DNA of 64,000 bases from assembly GCF_004010195.1 (NCBI RefSeq), contig NC_057749.1:23976510-24040509 (forward strand), in the 5' to 3' direction. Under the pieces are notes generated by a model that saw nothing but the letters and a program-made list of their open reading frames with translations, was not told where the DNA came from and searched no databases. This DNA is from Chiloscyllium plagiosum (taxonomy: Eukaryota). Position numbers and translations under genes: made by a program. Positions 38,425 through 50,688 of the stretch are shown piece after piece (the first letter of the stretch is position 1; each line of letters begins with the position of its first letter).

Positions 38425-38866
38425 GTGACAGGGAGAGGCTGTACAGGCTGGGGCTGTTTTCCCTGGAGCGTCGGAGGCTGAGGGGAGACCTTATAGAGGT
38501 TTCCAAAATTATGAGGGGCATGGATAGGGTAAAGAGACAAAGTCTTTTCCCTGGAGTCGGGGAGTCCAGAACTAGAGGGCACAGGTTTAGCGTGAGAGGG
38601 GAAAGCTATAAAAGAGATCTAAGGGGCAACCTTTTCATGCAGAGGGTAGTACGTTTATGGAATAAGCTGCCAGAGGAAGTGGTGGAGGCTGGTACAATTG
38701 CAACATTTAAGAGGCATTTGGATAGGTATATGAATAGGAAGGGTTTGGAGGGATATGGGCCGGGTGCTGGCAGGTGGGACTAGATTGGGTTGGGATACCT
38801 GGTCGGCATGGACGGGTTGGACTGAAGGGTCTGTTTCCGTGCTGTACATCTCTGTGACTCTATGAC
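38425..38866 (+). mobile_element. CR1/HER1-like LINE 3' end
   Basis: RLGLFSLERRRLRGDLIEV..RTRGH..VVRLWNKLPEEVVEA. Confidence 0.92.
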
Positions 38867-38919
38867 CTGCTGATTTGCAGATGCCGGTGTTGGACTGAGG
38901 TGTACTAAGTTAAAAATCA

Positions 38920-39624
38920 GAGTCTAGATTAGAGTGGTGCTGGAAAAGCACAGCAGGTCAGGCAGCATCCGAGGAGCAGGAAAATCAACGTTTCGGGCAA
39001 AAGCCCTTCATCAGGAATGGGTGTTGAAATGCTGTTTGTTGAGAGTATGAATTCTTCTTCGAATATAGTACAGAAGGGGTCCTTTGCAGTTCTGAGAGAG
39101 TGTGGCCATCAGTTAAGGCAGGGCTGACTGTAGAGAGGTTGGGTACCGGCGCATTGCTGCGAGTGTGGAGTGGAGGATCCTGAAGGAGAACCGTTGCTGC
39201 TGGTTTTGAATCTGTAGTCTGTACTGGTTGTCCTGTTCAGCTCCAAACTGTGCTGGTTTAAAAGTAGTTCAGAGTCCATGTGGGATCATGTGGCTGTGGA
39301 GGCAAGCACTGAGGAAGCGGATGTGACTGTGGTAGCGAGTCTGTTTCAGGACCTGGTTGAAGAGCTTCAGGGCAGAGGAGGTGACCTGGGGGTTGCAGTG
39401 TGAGAGAGAGAGAGAGAGCCTCACCTGAGATCCTTGTGGAGAGAGGAGGAGAACTTCTTCAAGGTAGGCATCCTTGCAAGAGGATTCATAGTAAGGTTAA
39501 AATCAACTAGGCAAAAGTGAGGACTGCAGATGCTGGAAACCAGAGTCTAGATTCGACTGGTGCTGGAAAAGCACAACTGGTCAGGCAGCATCCGAAGAGT
39601 AGGAAAATTGACGTTTTGGGCAAA
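38920..39624 (-). mobile_element. Neptune-type PLE derivative: terminal repeat, decayed 5' ORF, terminal repeat
   Basis: direct repeats ~38920-39002 and ~39541-39624; minus frame MPTLKKFSSSLHKDL...HIRFLSACLHSHMIPHGL. Confidence 0.8.
38986..39015 (-). ncRNA. minimal hammerhead ribozyme motif (Neptune-type terminal repeat); another near-intact copy at 30781-30810(-)
   Basis: C-CTGATGA-A-GGGC TTTT GCCC-GAAA-CG-TT-G. Confidence 0.6.
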
Positions 39625-40637
39625 CGCCTGATGTAGGAGCGGCGCTCCGAAAGCTAGTGCTTCCAATTAAACCTGTTGGACTATAACCTGGTGTTGTGTG
39701 ATTTTTAACTTTGCCCACCCGCTGAGGTCACCATGGAGAATTCTCCTTCTCAGCCTCTCCCACTTGACCATAAGAAGCAGGAACAGGTTTGAATACACGT
39801 ACAAACAGATTCAAGAACAGCTTCTTCCCTGCTGTTATCAAACTTTTGAATGGACCTCTCTAATGTTACTGATGATATTGCTCGCTCTCTCTCTTTGCAC
39901 CTTCTCTGTGGCTGTAACACTCTGTTCTGCTACCCTGATACATTTTGTACGGTACAATCTGCCTGTATAGTACGCAAAACAACACTTTTCACTGTATCTC
40001 AGTGCATGAGACAGCAACATATCAAACTCAATGTGTTTACCTTTTGCTCATAAGACAATCTCTCCATACTAAGGATCATCCTAATGAACTTTCTCTGAAC
40101 TGCCTCCAATAAAATGATTTATTTCCTTAAATAAGGGGATCACAACTGTGTGGTGACCTTCAGGTTAAATGACCATCAGTCGCCTCACTCTCTCTCTCTC
40201 TCTCTCTCAGTCTCTCTCTCTCTCTCCCTCTCTCTTTCTCTCTTTCTGTAATGAGAGAGCAGCCCTATAGTCCAGTGAGACAATGGTGACTTTACCATTT
40301 ATAATTAGATTTAGATTAGATATAAATTTAATTTTATTGTCATGTGTACTCGAGTTCAGGAATACAATGAAAAGTGTACAAAATCGCCATTCTCTGGCAT
40401 CATTTTAGTCGACAAAAGACAGGAATTGAAACTGAGGGAGAAATAAAAGAAACAGCCAAAAGAAATGGAAACCTGTAGGTCACTCCCCCACCTCTGCATA
40501 AGTCCTCACTTGATATACAATTAACATCTCACTACACATCATTTTTACCCACAAACCCCTTGTAGTTTTTAACTCTTTGTGAACATGCTTATCCGGGGTG
40601 TGTCCAAGGTGGCTTGACAATTTGGGAATCAGATGTT

Positions 40638-41281
40638 GTGGTTCTGTTCGCTGAGCTGGGAATTTGTGTTGCAGACGTTTCGTCCCCTGCCCAGTGACAT
40701 CTGCAGTGTGTTGGAGCCTCCTGTGAAGCACTTCTGTGATGTTTCCTCTGGCATTTATAGTGGTTTGTCTCTGCCGCTTCCGGTTGTCTGTTCCAGCTGT
40801 CGCTGCAGTGGTTGGTATATTGGGTCCAGATCGATATGTTTGTTGATAGAACCTGTGGATGAGTGTCATCCCTCTAGGAATTCCCTGGCTGTTCTTTGTT
40901 TGGCTTGTCCTATAATAGTAATGTTGTCCCAAGCAACATGAGTTCGACTGGGACAACACTACTATTATAGGACAAGCCAAACAGAAAACAGCCAGGGAAT
41001 TCCTAGAGGCATGGCAGTCATCCACGGATTCTATCAACAAACACATTGACCTGGACCCAATATACCAACCACTGCAGCGGACAGCTGGAACAGACAACCG
41101 GAAGCGGCAGAGACAAACCACTATAAATGCCGGAGGAAACATCACAGAAGCGCTTCACAGGAGGCTCCCAAGCACTGAGGATGTCACCTAGACAGGGGAT
41201 GAAACGTCTGCAACACAAATTCCCAGCTCGACGAACAGAACCACAACAATGAGCACCCGAGCTACAAATCTTCTCACAAAC
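40638..41281 (+). mobile_element. Penelope-like element (Poseidon/Penelope type) 3' end with an inverted upstream copy
   Basis: + frame HEFDWDNTTIIGQAKQKTAREFLEAWQSSTDSINKHIDLDPIYQPL (GIY-YIG C-terminus-like); ~40635-40930 is its reverse complement; 17-bp flanking direct repeat tttgggaatcagatgtt. Confidence 0.88.
41172..41211 (+). ncRNA. minimal type I hammerhead ribozyme motif (PLE-associated)
   Basis: GCA-CTGAGGA-TGTCACCT AGAC AGGGGAT-GAAA-CG-TC-TGC. Confidence 0.7.
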
Positions 41282-43467
41282 TTTGGGAATCAGATGTTAG
41301 ATAAGAATCTGTTCAATATATTAACACAGATGATGCTGTGCAGTGTATCTGCTACTGAATCACAGGAAAATTCCATTAGTTATGGTCCTGGCAGATGCTA
41401 CAGCTGCATAAGTCAGATCTCAGATTGAAATCTGGCTTGATTCATCATATTTTGGTTTTTTTTGTAAATGTAATGTTGTGATCTTCCATTGAAACCTGGG
41501 CATGCTAGCTGTAAATTTAGTTTTAACAATAAAACAGAAGTTTATTATATAATAAAAAAGAAAAATAAAGTAAAACAAACCAGCTAGCTACATAAAATAC
41601 AGGTTTAAAGTTTGCAAACACCCAGCAAAACAAAATGCAATTTATTACCTAATGCCATCACTTTATAGTTTTCCTCCCTGTTGTATCTGTACGATGGCTG
41701 AATTGCTTCTTTTCATTTCTTGTCCTGTGAAGTGTGAAGCCTTTTCTCTTTGACTCACACGACTGAGATCTTAGAGTTTCTCTACTTTTGAATAACCAAT
41801 GCAGATCTCTAACCAAACACTCCTGGTGTGGAAGGTTTTCACAAAATGAAACCCTTTCACTGAGGTAACGTATTTCCTTAACTAAACAAACTTCTTTTTT
41901 CTAGGAGAAACTATTCTTGCATTTAAATTTAGTTGGAACTCTTTCTAACTAAATTCAAAAGTTTCTGACTAAATTATCAAAAATCCTTACTTAACCCAAC
42001 CTTTGCTATGCTAATGGCTTATTGTTTCTTCTCCTCCTGTCCTAAGCCCCACAGTATAAAAAAACTTCCATTAACACTCAGGGGGCATTCAGTCCCCTGC
42101 TTTTTTGACATATACTGGTTTAAAATCGCTGTTCTGAAAAGGTTAATCATTGAAGTTAAACATGAAATCCTTTCAACTAAGTTGATTAAATCCATATGCC
42201 ACTAGTTTAAAATCCAAACTTGAAAAGAGGTACTCACACGTTTTTTATCCCAGTGTGAGCTTGTAAAAGTAGTCTCAGAAATGAAGTGACTCACATTGAA
42301 CCAATGAGATGTACCTCGAGCCAGGCACTGGTTTCAGCCTTAACTCTTAGTCTCCTAAATGGCGTAGCTGCAAGACTGGGCCTACAGCTGGTGAGACGGA
42401 AACCCACAAGTTCGGAAAATATTCTCAGGAAGGGTCCCTGGGCTTGAAACATTGATTCTATTTTCTTTCCACAGATGCTGCCCCTCCTGCTGAGCTTCTC
42501 CAGCAATTTCTATTTTGGTTTTGGGCAAAATCTACTTGACTGGTTGTATCTTGATTCGTACATCTGTGGCAGATGCATCTGTCCATGATGGTGTTGGTTA
42601 GAGTGACCACTGCACTGTCCTCGTGGGAGTGAAGTCCTGTCTTTACATCAAGAATACCATCCATCACGTACAGCATTGTACTAAGTGGGATAGACTCAAG
42701 AAAGATCTGGCAGCTCAGAGCTGGGCATGCATGAGGTTTATTGGGCTATCAACAGCAGCAAAACAGTATTCGTGGCTCGGTATATCTTTCACTCGAGGGT
42801 AGCCATCAAGTCAAAGAAACAGCCCTGTTTCAATAAGGATTATGGCTGCACAAGGCACACCTAACAATGCGGTACCAACTGGTGAAGCTACATGGGCTTG
42901 TATGTTTTTTAATTTATCTGTGGAGTGTGGGTGTCACTGCCTGGGCACTGCATTTATTGCCCATCCCTAGTTGCCCCTTGAGAAGGTGGGGGTGAGCTGC
43001 CTTCTTGAACCGCTACAGCCTACCTCCTGTGGGTTGACCCACAATGCCATTGGGGAGAGAATTCCAGGATTTTGCCCCAGTGACATGGCGATATATTTCC
43101 AAGGTGAATAGCTTTGAGGGGAATGTGCAGGGGGTGGTGTTCCCATGACTCTGCTGCCCTTGTCCTTCTGGATGGAAGTGGTCGTGAGTTTGGAAGGTGC
43201 TGTCTGAGGATCTCTGGTGAATTTTTGCAGTGCACCTTGTAGATGGTACACACTGCTGATACTGAGCATCGGTGGTGGAGGGAGGGCATGCTTGGGAATG
43301 TGAGAAGCAAGAAGAAGTTAGCGAAAGATAGCACTAAGTGAATCCACAACCAATGAACTTGATCAAAGCTCTACAGCCTGGTTATCCAGTTGTGAGTGAC
43401 GCTTGAGTGGGAAAGGAGGCTGGACAGTTATCTCCCTCAGTGGGGGAGCTTCGCACATCATTGTAAA

Positions 43468-43916
43468 AATCTCAGTGAGTTCCTCTCTCACTGTACTCCC
43501 CAAGTCCTCTCCTCTGTCCTGAAGCTCTTCAGCCACATCATCATTCCTGATGAAGGGCTCCAGCCTGAAATGTCGTATTTCCTGCTCCTCGGATGCTGCC
43601 TGACCTGCTGCGCTTTTCCAGCAACACACTCTCAACTCTGATCTCCAGCATCTGTAAACCTCACTTTCTCCTGGTTGATTTTAACCTTACTGCGAAGCCT
43701 CTTCCAAGGATGCCTACCTTGAAGAAGTTCTCCTCCTCTCTCTACAAAGATCTCAGTGAGTCCCTCTCTCACTGAACTCCCCAAGTCCTCTCCTCTGCCC
43801 TGAAGCTCTTCAGCCACGTCCCTCATTCCTGATGAAGAACTCGGGCCCAAAATGTCGATTCTCCTGCTCCTCGGATGCTGCCTGACCTGCTGTGCTTTTC
43901 CAGCAACACACTCTCA
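43468..43916 (+). mobile_element. Neptune-type PLE mini-element, permuted tandem of a 282-bp unit
   Basis: CTGATGA at 43547 and 43829; TSD atcattgtaaa at 43457-43467 and 43917-43927. Confidence 0.85.
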
Positions 43917-45390
43917 ATCATTGTAAAGGTCAAGGCTGAAGTATTTGCAACCATCTTCATGTCAGCCAGAAGTGACAAATGGATAATCCATTGCCGCCTC
44001 CTCCTGGGTTCCCCGACTACATGAATGCTAGTCTTCGGTAACTTGTATTCACTCCTCGTCGCGGAGGGAATGGTGAGAGGCATTGGATACTGCAAAAGTG
44101 ATGGGCGCTGACAACATTCTGGTAATTATACCGAAGACTTGTGCTCCAGAACTAGTCAGACCCCCTAGCCAAGTAATAGCACTGCCATTTAACTAGCAAT
44201 GTGGAAAATTAACTCAGTGCATCTTGTCCACAAAAAAGCAGGGCAAATCTAATCTGACCAATTCTCACTAAATCCGTCTTGTAAATGATGGAGTAATGAA
44301 AGGGGTGAAAGGTGTCATTGACGGTACCAATGACTCAGCGACCACCTTCCCACTGCTGCTTAGTTTGGGTCTCTCCAAGGCCGAGAGCGTGGGCGCTGGA
44401 AAAGCACAGCCGGTCAGGCAGCATCCGAGGAGCAGGAGAATCGACGTTTTGGGCATAAGCCCTTCATCAGGAATCTGATTTCCTCGGTGGTACGGGGAGG
44501 GTGGGGGTGCAGTGAAAGGGAGACTCACTGAGATGAGCCAGTATGGTGATGAAACATCTGAAAATGAACCTTCCAGCTCAGCGAGCAAGCCTACATCCAG
44601 AACTCACTGAGATCCTTGTAGAGAGAGGAGGAAAACTTCAAGGTAGGCATCCTTGGAAGAGGCTTCGCAATAGGGTTGAAATCAACTAGGAGACAGTGGG
44701 GTCTGCAGATACTGGAGATCAGAGTCGAGACCGTGGTGCCTGGAAAAGCGCAGCAGGTCAGGCAGCATCCGAGGAGCAGGAGAATTGGGCAGAAGCCCTC
44801 CATCACCCAGCTCCTGACTTTATCAGTCCAAACGCAAGCAAACAAGCTGAACTTGAGAAGGCAGGTGACCTTGGATGTTGAGGTAGCATTTAACCAAGTG
44901 TGCCATTGAGGAGCCCCTTGAGTGATTGAGAAGTAGGTGGAAGGCTACCCACTGACTGCGCCAACACCTAACACAGAGGGAAGTATCTGTGGTTATTGGA
45001 GGTGAATCCTCTCAGTACATTGCTGATGGAGCAGGATTGCGGTAAATTCAGAAGTGCAGGTATTCACACAGCGCTCAGTTCCATTCCTGACCCTTCCAAT
45101 TCTGTAGACCAGGATGGCAGTTTCCCCCTCTAAACGGCATTAGTAAACTAGCTGGATATTGATAAAAATCAAGAAGAGTTTCATGGTCATTATTAGACTC
45201 TTAATTGCAGATTTTTATTCAATTTAAATTCCATCATCTGGGAATTCGAGCCTCCGATTCTCTCGATTAACAGTTTAGTGATGATACCGCTGGGCTGATA
45301 CAGTGAGGCAGGAGACCACTTGGTATTCGATATTCTTGTTTCTCTCCCTTGTGCCAAAGCAGTTCAGACAGTTTGTTCTCTTGCCCTCAG

Positions 45391-45599
45391 GTATCGCCGC
45401 ACGGGAAACAGCGCAAGCTCTCAAGACTCTGGCATCAGCTGCCCGCGGGGTGGCGGCTTCGACGGACAACTCTCCAGCTCAGAACTCCATGTTGGACACT
45501 GCTCGGGATGTGATGGATGGGTCTGCCCTGCTGATCCAGGAAGCCAAGCACGCGTTGGCTTCACCCGGAGACACTGAGAGCCAGCAACGGCTGGCACAG
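45391..45599 (+). CDS. TLN2: talin-2 coding exon (R5), (G)IAARETAQAL...SQQRLAQ
   Basis: ctcag|GT; CAG|gttagt. Confidence 0.96.
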
Positions 45600-46499
45600 G
45601 TTAGTCAGATCAAGCGTCCTGCTCCGATTGTGCAGGGACCCCTGTGTGTGTCACAGTAAGGCCCGGCTCTGACCCAAAGCCACAATGTTGGGAGTGGCTC
45701 AGTGGGCTGCGCTCTCCCCTCCTCGGGTCTCAAGGTCGTGTGTTCATGTCCCACTCCAGAGGCTTGACCAAGCTGACCTTCCCAGTTCCAGACTGAGGGA
45801 GCTGAAGTGCTGTCTTTTGGATGAGCTATCACGCTGATGCCCCACCTAACGCCACAGTAGCTCAATGGTTAGCACTGCTGTCTCACAGCACCAGGGAGCC
45901 GGATTCGATTCTACCATCGGGCGATTGTCTGTGTGGAGTTTGCACATTCTCCTCGTGTCTGCATGGGTTTGCTCCGGTTTCCTCCAACAATCCAAAGATG
46001 TGCAGGTCAGGGTGGATTGGCCATGCTAAATTGCTCCATAGTATTCAGGGATGTGTAGGTTAGGTGCATTAATCACAGGGGAATGGGTGTGGGTGGGATA
46101 TTCTTCGGAGGGTCAGCGTGGCTTTGTTAGGCCGAATGGCTTGCTTCTATATTCTAAGGATTCTATTAACCTGAACGGTTCGGGTGGAAGGGCAATGAAA
46201 AGGAGAGCCCAGTGGGAGGTGAACGTGGATTCCACTGGCTTCCCACTGAATGAATTGGATTTAAAATGCCCCTTTTTAAATCTGAGATGATTGATCTTAA
46301 ATCCCAGCTTTCTTTATCCCAGGATAACTGGATCCCTCTCAGGACAATACATGATAGCACCAGCTCTGTCACATGTCAGTCAGAGTGAGATAAATAAATG
46401 TTGTAAGGATCTCCTTCAACAGGAATATAAAAGCAAAGTAGAGTGGACACTCGAAATCTGAAAGAGAAGCAGACAGTGCTGGATATACTGAACTGGACT

Positions 46500-47250
46500 C
46501 ACCACATAAATACAGTGACTACAAGAGCAACTTAGAGGCTAGGAATCCTGCAGTGAGTAACTCACCTCTTGACTCCCCCAAAGCCTGTCCACTGTCCCCA
46601 AGGGCCCTTCTTCCTGAAGAAGGGCTCATGCCCGAAACGTCGATTCTCCTGCTTCTTGGATGCTGCCTGACCTGCTGCGATTTTCCAGCAACACATTATC
46701 AGCTGTGATCTACAGCATCTGCAGTCCTCACTTTCTCCACTATCCCCAAGGCACAAGTTAGGAGTGTGATTGAATACTCCCTGGATGGGTGCAGCTCCAA
46801 CAACACTCAAGAAGCTTGACATCATCCAGGCCAAAGCAGCCCGCTTGATTGGCACCACATTGACAAACATTCACCCCCTCCTCCAGCAACGCACAGATTC
46901 AGCAGTGTGTACCATCTATGAGGTGCACTGCAGAACCTTCCAAACAGCACCTTCCAAACCCAGAACCGCTTCCATCCAGAAGGTCATGGGCTGCAGATAC
47001 ATTGGAATATCAAGATCCCCTCCAAGCCACTCACCATCCTGACTTGGAAATATATCGCCGTTCCTTCACTGTCGCTGGGTCAAAATCCTGGAATTCCCTC
47101 CCTAAGGGCATTGCAGGTCAATTCAAAGTAGGTGGACTGCAGTGGTTCAAGAAGGCAGCTCACACCCACCTTCTCAAGGGAAAACTAGGGACGGGCAATA
47201 AATACTGGCCAAGCCAGCGACATCCACATTCCACAAATGAATTTTAAAAA
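46500..47250 (+). mobile_element. second LINE family (L2/CR1 group) 3' end; related pieces at ~17780-18090(-), ~42905-43290(-), ~43920-44380(+), ~59065-59300(+)
   Basis: WMGAAPTTLKKLDIIQAKAARLIG; SFTVAGSKSWNSLP; tail gggcaataaatactggcc. Confidence 0.75.
46611..46644 (+). ncRNA. minimal hammerhead ribozyme motif (Neptune-type terminal repeat)
   Basis: TC-CTGAAGA-A-GGGC TCAT GCCC-GAAA-CG-TC-GA; stem I only 2 bp. Confidence 0.62.
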
Positions 47251-48145
47251 ACTCAGCAGTCCAGCAGCATCTGTGGAGAGAGAGCGACACCAGAGTTTGT
47301 GTCTTACGGTGAGTGACTTTACATCAGACCCATGTACGTGAGGACTTTACACAAGAATTTAAATCAGGAGTAGGCCATTCAGCCCCTCAAGCTCTGTAAT
47401 CCACTAAGATCACGACTGGTCTGTTTGAGTTCAGAATTCCACATTCTCATCTATCCCCAATAATCTTCAATTCCTCCCCAGCCTTCCAGAAATCTACAGC
47501 TTTAAAAATACTTAATATCCTCCGACCTCCGCCATCATCTGAGGCAGAGAGTCCCGAAGTCGCTCAATCCTCTGAAAGAAAGCAAATTCTCATCATCTCT
47601 GTCTTAATAGGATTGTCCTTAATTTTAAGAGAGTGCCCCCCAGTCCTCAGTTGTGGACCATTGTCAGTAACCTCATGTCCATCTCCCACCTGTCAAGGCT
47701 GTTCAGGGTTTCCTATACCTGTGCCTTGGGAAAGGGTCTGAGTGGATTTACATTCATTTTCTTACTCCAGACACATTTACTATCCTTTAAAATAAAACTG
47801 ATCTGTTCATTCTCCATAACGGGAGTGAGTGGACACTGTGTCTTACTGATCCCACTACAGTACAGGACAATGTTAGCACAACAAGCTGCAAGGCACAGCT
47901 TGACTCAGGTCAGTAACGAAAAACATGCCTCTCTAACCCCATTTCTGTGATTCATTCTGATTTATTCAGACCCTTATTATTATTGATATCAAAGAAAGAA
48001 CCTCAAAATCTATCTACTGTATTCAAAATAATTCTGAATATTTCCCTAAACTCACTGATCTCCAATTGAAAAATGTGGTTAAACATCCCTACAATCCTTT
48101 GAGATTAGATTAGATTCCCTACGGTGAGGAAACAGGCCCTTCAGC

Positions 48146-48550
48146 GCTGAAAAATGTGTTGCTGGAAAAGCGCAGCAGGTCAGGCAGCATCCAAGGAGCA
48201 GGAGAATCGACAATTCGGGCATAAGTCCTTCCTCAGGAATGAGGAGGGTGTGCCAAGCAGGCTAAGATAAGAGGTAGGGAGAAGGGACTTGGGGGAGGGG
48301 TGTTGGGAATACGATAGGTGGAAGGAGGTTAAGGTGAGGGTGATAGGCCGGAGAGGGGGTGGGGGCGGAGAAATCAGGAAGAAGATTGCAGGTCAAGAAG
48401 GCGGTGCTGAGTCCGAGGGTTGGGACTGAGATAAGGTGGGGGGAGGGGAAATGAGGAAGCTGGAGAAATCTGCATTCATTCCTTGTGGTTGGAGGGTTCC
48501 TAGGCGGAAGATGAGGCACTCTTCCTCCAGGCGTCATGTTGCCATGGTCT
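48146..48550 (-). mobile_element. Penelope-like element (Neptune type) 3' end inserted in an HE1-like SINE
   Basis: minus frame RLEEECLIFRLGTLQPQGMNADFSSF followed by the terminal repeat; TSD ggcccttcagc at 48135-48145 and 48551-48561. Confidence 0.85.
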
Positions 48551-49306
48551 GGCCCTTCAGCCTAACTAGTCCATACCAACCCTCCAAAGAGTAACCCACC
48601 CAGACCCATTTCCCTCTGACTTATGCACCGAATAATATGAGCAATTTAGCATGGCCAATTCACCTGACCTGAACATCTTTGGAATGTTCAGGAGCATGTT
48701 TGGAATGCTCAGCACCCAGAGAAAACCCACGCAGACAGAGGGAGAATGTGCAAACTCCACACAGACAGTCGCCTGAGGCGGGAATCAAACCTGGGACCCT
48801 GGTGCTGTGAGGCAGCAGTGCTAACCACTGAGCCACCGTGCCGCCCCCATCTCTGTGCTCTTTTAATTCTGGCCTCTTGACCATCCCTACTGAACCATCA
48901 GTGGCCCTGACTTCAGCCGCCTAGGCCCCATGCTTTGGAAATTCTTCCCTCAACCCCTCTGCCTCTCAATCTCTTTCTCTTTCTTGATCTTCAATCTTTG
49001 TCATTTAACGCTCTCACTGCTTTCCCAAATGGGTGGCTTAGCCTCATCTTCGCTGCTGTCAGTGTTCCATTGCATTAAAGGTGCTACATAAATTCAGGTT
49101 GTTTGGACTCCTTCACCACTTACCTTCAAGTGGCACTGTCTCCTCTCACCCTGCTATCAGTTGGAATCTTGAATTTCCATTCAGAGGGTCGTCCCCTCAG
49201 CATTGACCGCTGCCCTCCAACAGGTCATCGAATCGGACTCCGCTTGAGACAGTCAATGTGTTGAACAATTCCAATTGTGTCAACGTTGCTCCTTCCTTTT
49301 CTCAAG

Positions 49307-49426
49307 GTGGCTAAGTCGGTCTCCCATTCGTTGAACAACTGTGTGAACTGTTTGCCGGGACAGAAGGATGTGGACATGGCACTTAAAAGCATTGGAGAAT
49401 CCAGCAAAAAGTTGCTGGTTGACTTG
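49307..49426 (+). CDS. TLN2: talin-2 coding exon (R5-R6), VAKSVSHSLN...KKLLVDL
   Basis: ctcaag|GTG; TTG|gtaagc. Confidence 0.96.
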
Positions 49427-49690
49427 GTAAGCTTTGATCATTATTTTCCTTCATTAAATCTACCCAAGACCCAATCAAAGACTTGGAGATGATCGAGACA
49501 ACTGAGCCAGAGTCTCTTGCTCAATCTCCATCCATGAAATCCTCCTGTTCACTGTAAAAATGCAGCTAGAACTGTCTTATCCTGGAATCTTGTACTGAAT
49601 GAGCACGGAGTATGAAAGGATAGCAGAGCTGAGCGAGTATCATATATTTCACGCACAGAGCCATGGCCCATATTCATAGAAGACCCAAAT

Positions 49691-49790
49691 AAGATTAATC
49701 TTAGACTTATCACACCACCCCACTGTGTTGTATAGCTGATAAGATTAATCTTAGACTTATCACACCACCCCACTGTGTTGTATAGCTGAT
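49691..49790. repeat. perfect 50-bp tandem duplication
   Basis: 49691-49740 identical to 49741-49790. Confidence 0.95.
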
Positions 49791-50097
49791 AAGCCGCAGT
49801 CTCATTCAAAAAGTAGATTCCTGTTGTTTGTCATAGCATTCCTGATTTACTGCTGCCCGTTGGTCAGTAACATACCACGCTGATAACTCTCACCCTCATC
49901 CAAAATCATGACATCGCTAGCTCTGTCATTACAAGGCAAAGCCACCCAGTTCAACAGGTTCACAGTCCTGGCACCATGGGTTTCCAATAGTGTTTGCCCA
50001 TCACTCTGTGGGACTCACTCAATCTCACACCGTCTGTGAGTGTGTCCATATGCACTTGTGTGTGTCTTACAGTATATGTTATTGTGTCTGAGTGTGT

Positions 50098-50133
<36 letters not shown>

Positions 50134-50490
50134 ACTTGGAGGTCTGCAGCATGGAAACAGACCCTTAAGCCTGATGTGCCCAATGCTGCCCAGTATTCAA
50201 AAATAAACTAGTCCCATTTGCCTACAGAGCCAAGGGGTTCACTTGGTGTCTGTGTGTGTGTGTGTGTGTGTGTCTCACTGTATGTGCCACTTAGTGTGTG
50301 TGTGTCTTTACTTGAATGTGTATTTGCACGAGTGTGTGCTTTGTCTGTGTATATATCTCTGAATGAGTGTGAACTTCAGATGCTAAGGTTTATAAGTATC
50401 CAGGTGGGACCAATGAGACTCTCTCACTCTCTACCTCTCTCTCTCTCTCGATTTCCTTATCAATCACTCTCTCCTTCACCTCTCCCACAG

Positions 50491-50688
50491 TTGCCACCAA
50501 GCACCAAGAGTTTTCAGGAGGCTCAGAGTGAGTTGAATCAAGCGGCTGCAGGGCTGAATCAGTCAGCGGGGGAGGTGGTACACGCCTCACGAGGGACCAG
50601 CAGGCAATTGGCCGCTGCCTCCGGCAAATTCAGTGAAGATTTTGATGAGTTTCTGGATGCGGGCATTGAAATGGCTGGACAAGCTCAG
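50491..50688 (+). CDS. TLN2: talin-2 coding exon (R6), LPPSTKSFQE...EMAGQAQ
   Basis: cacag|TTG; CAG|gtaagg. Confidence 0.96.

Noticed and set aside
44525..44600. Further hammerhead-like remnants (also ~6345-6370, ~42425-42452)
   Set aside because: Catalytic core nucleotides are mutated or deleted; treated as decayed PLE ends only.
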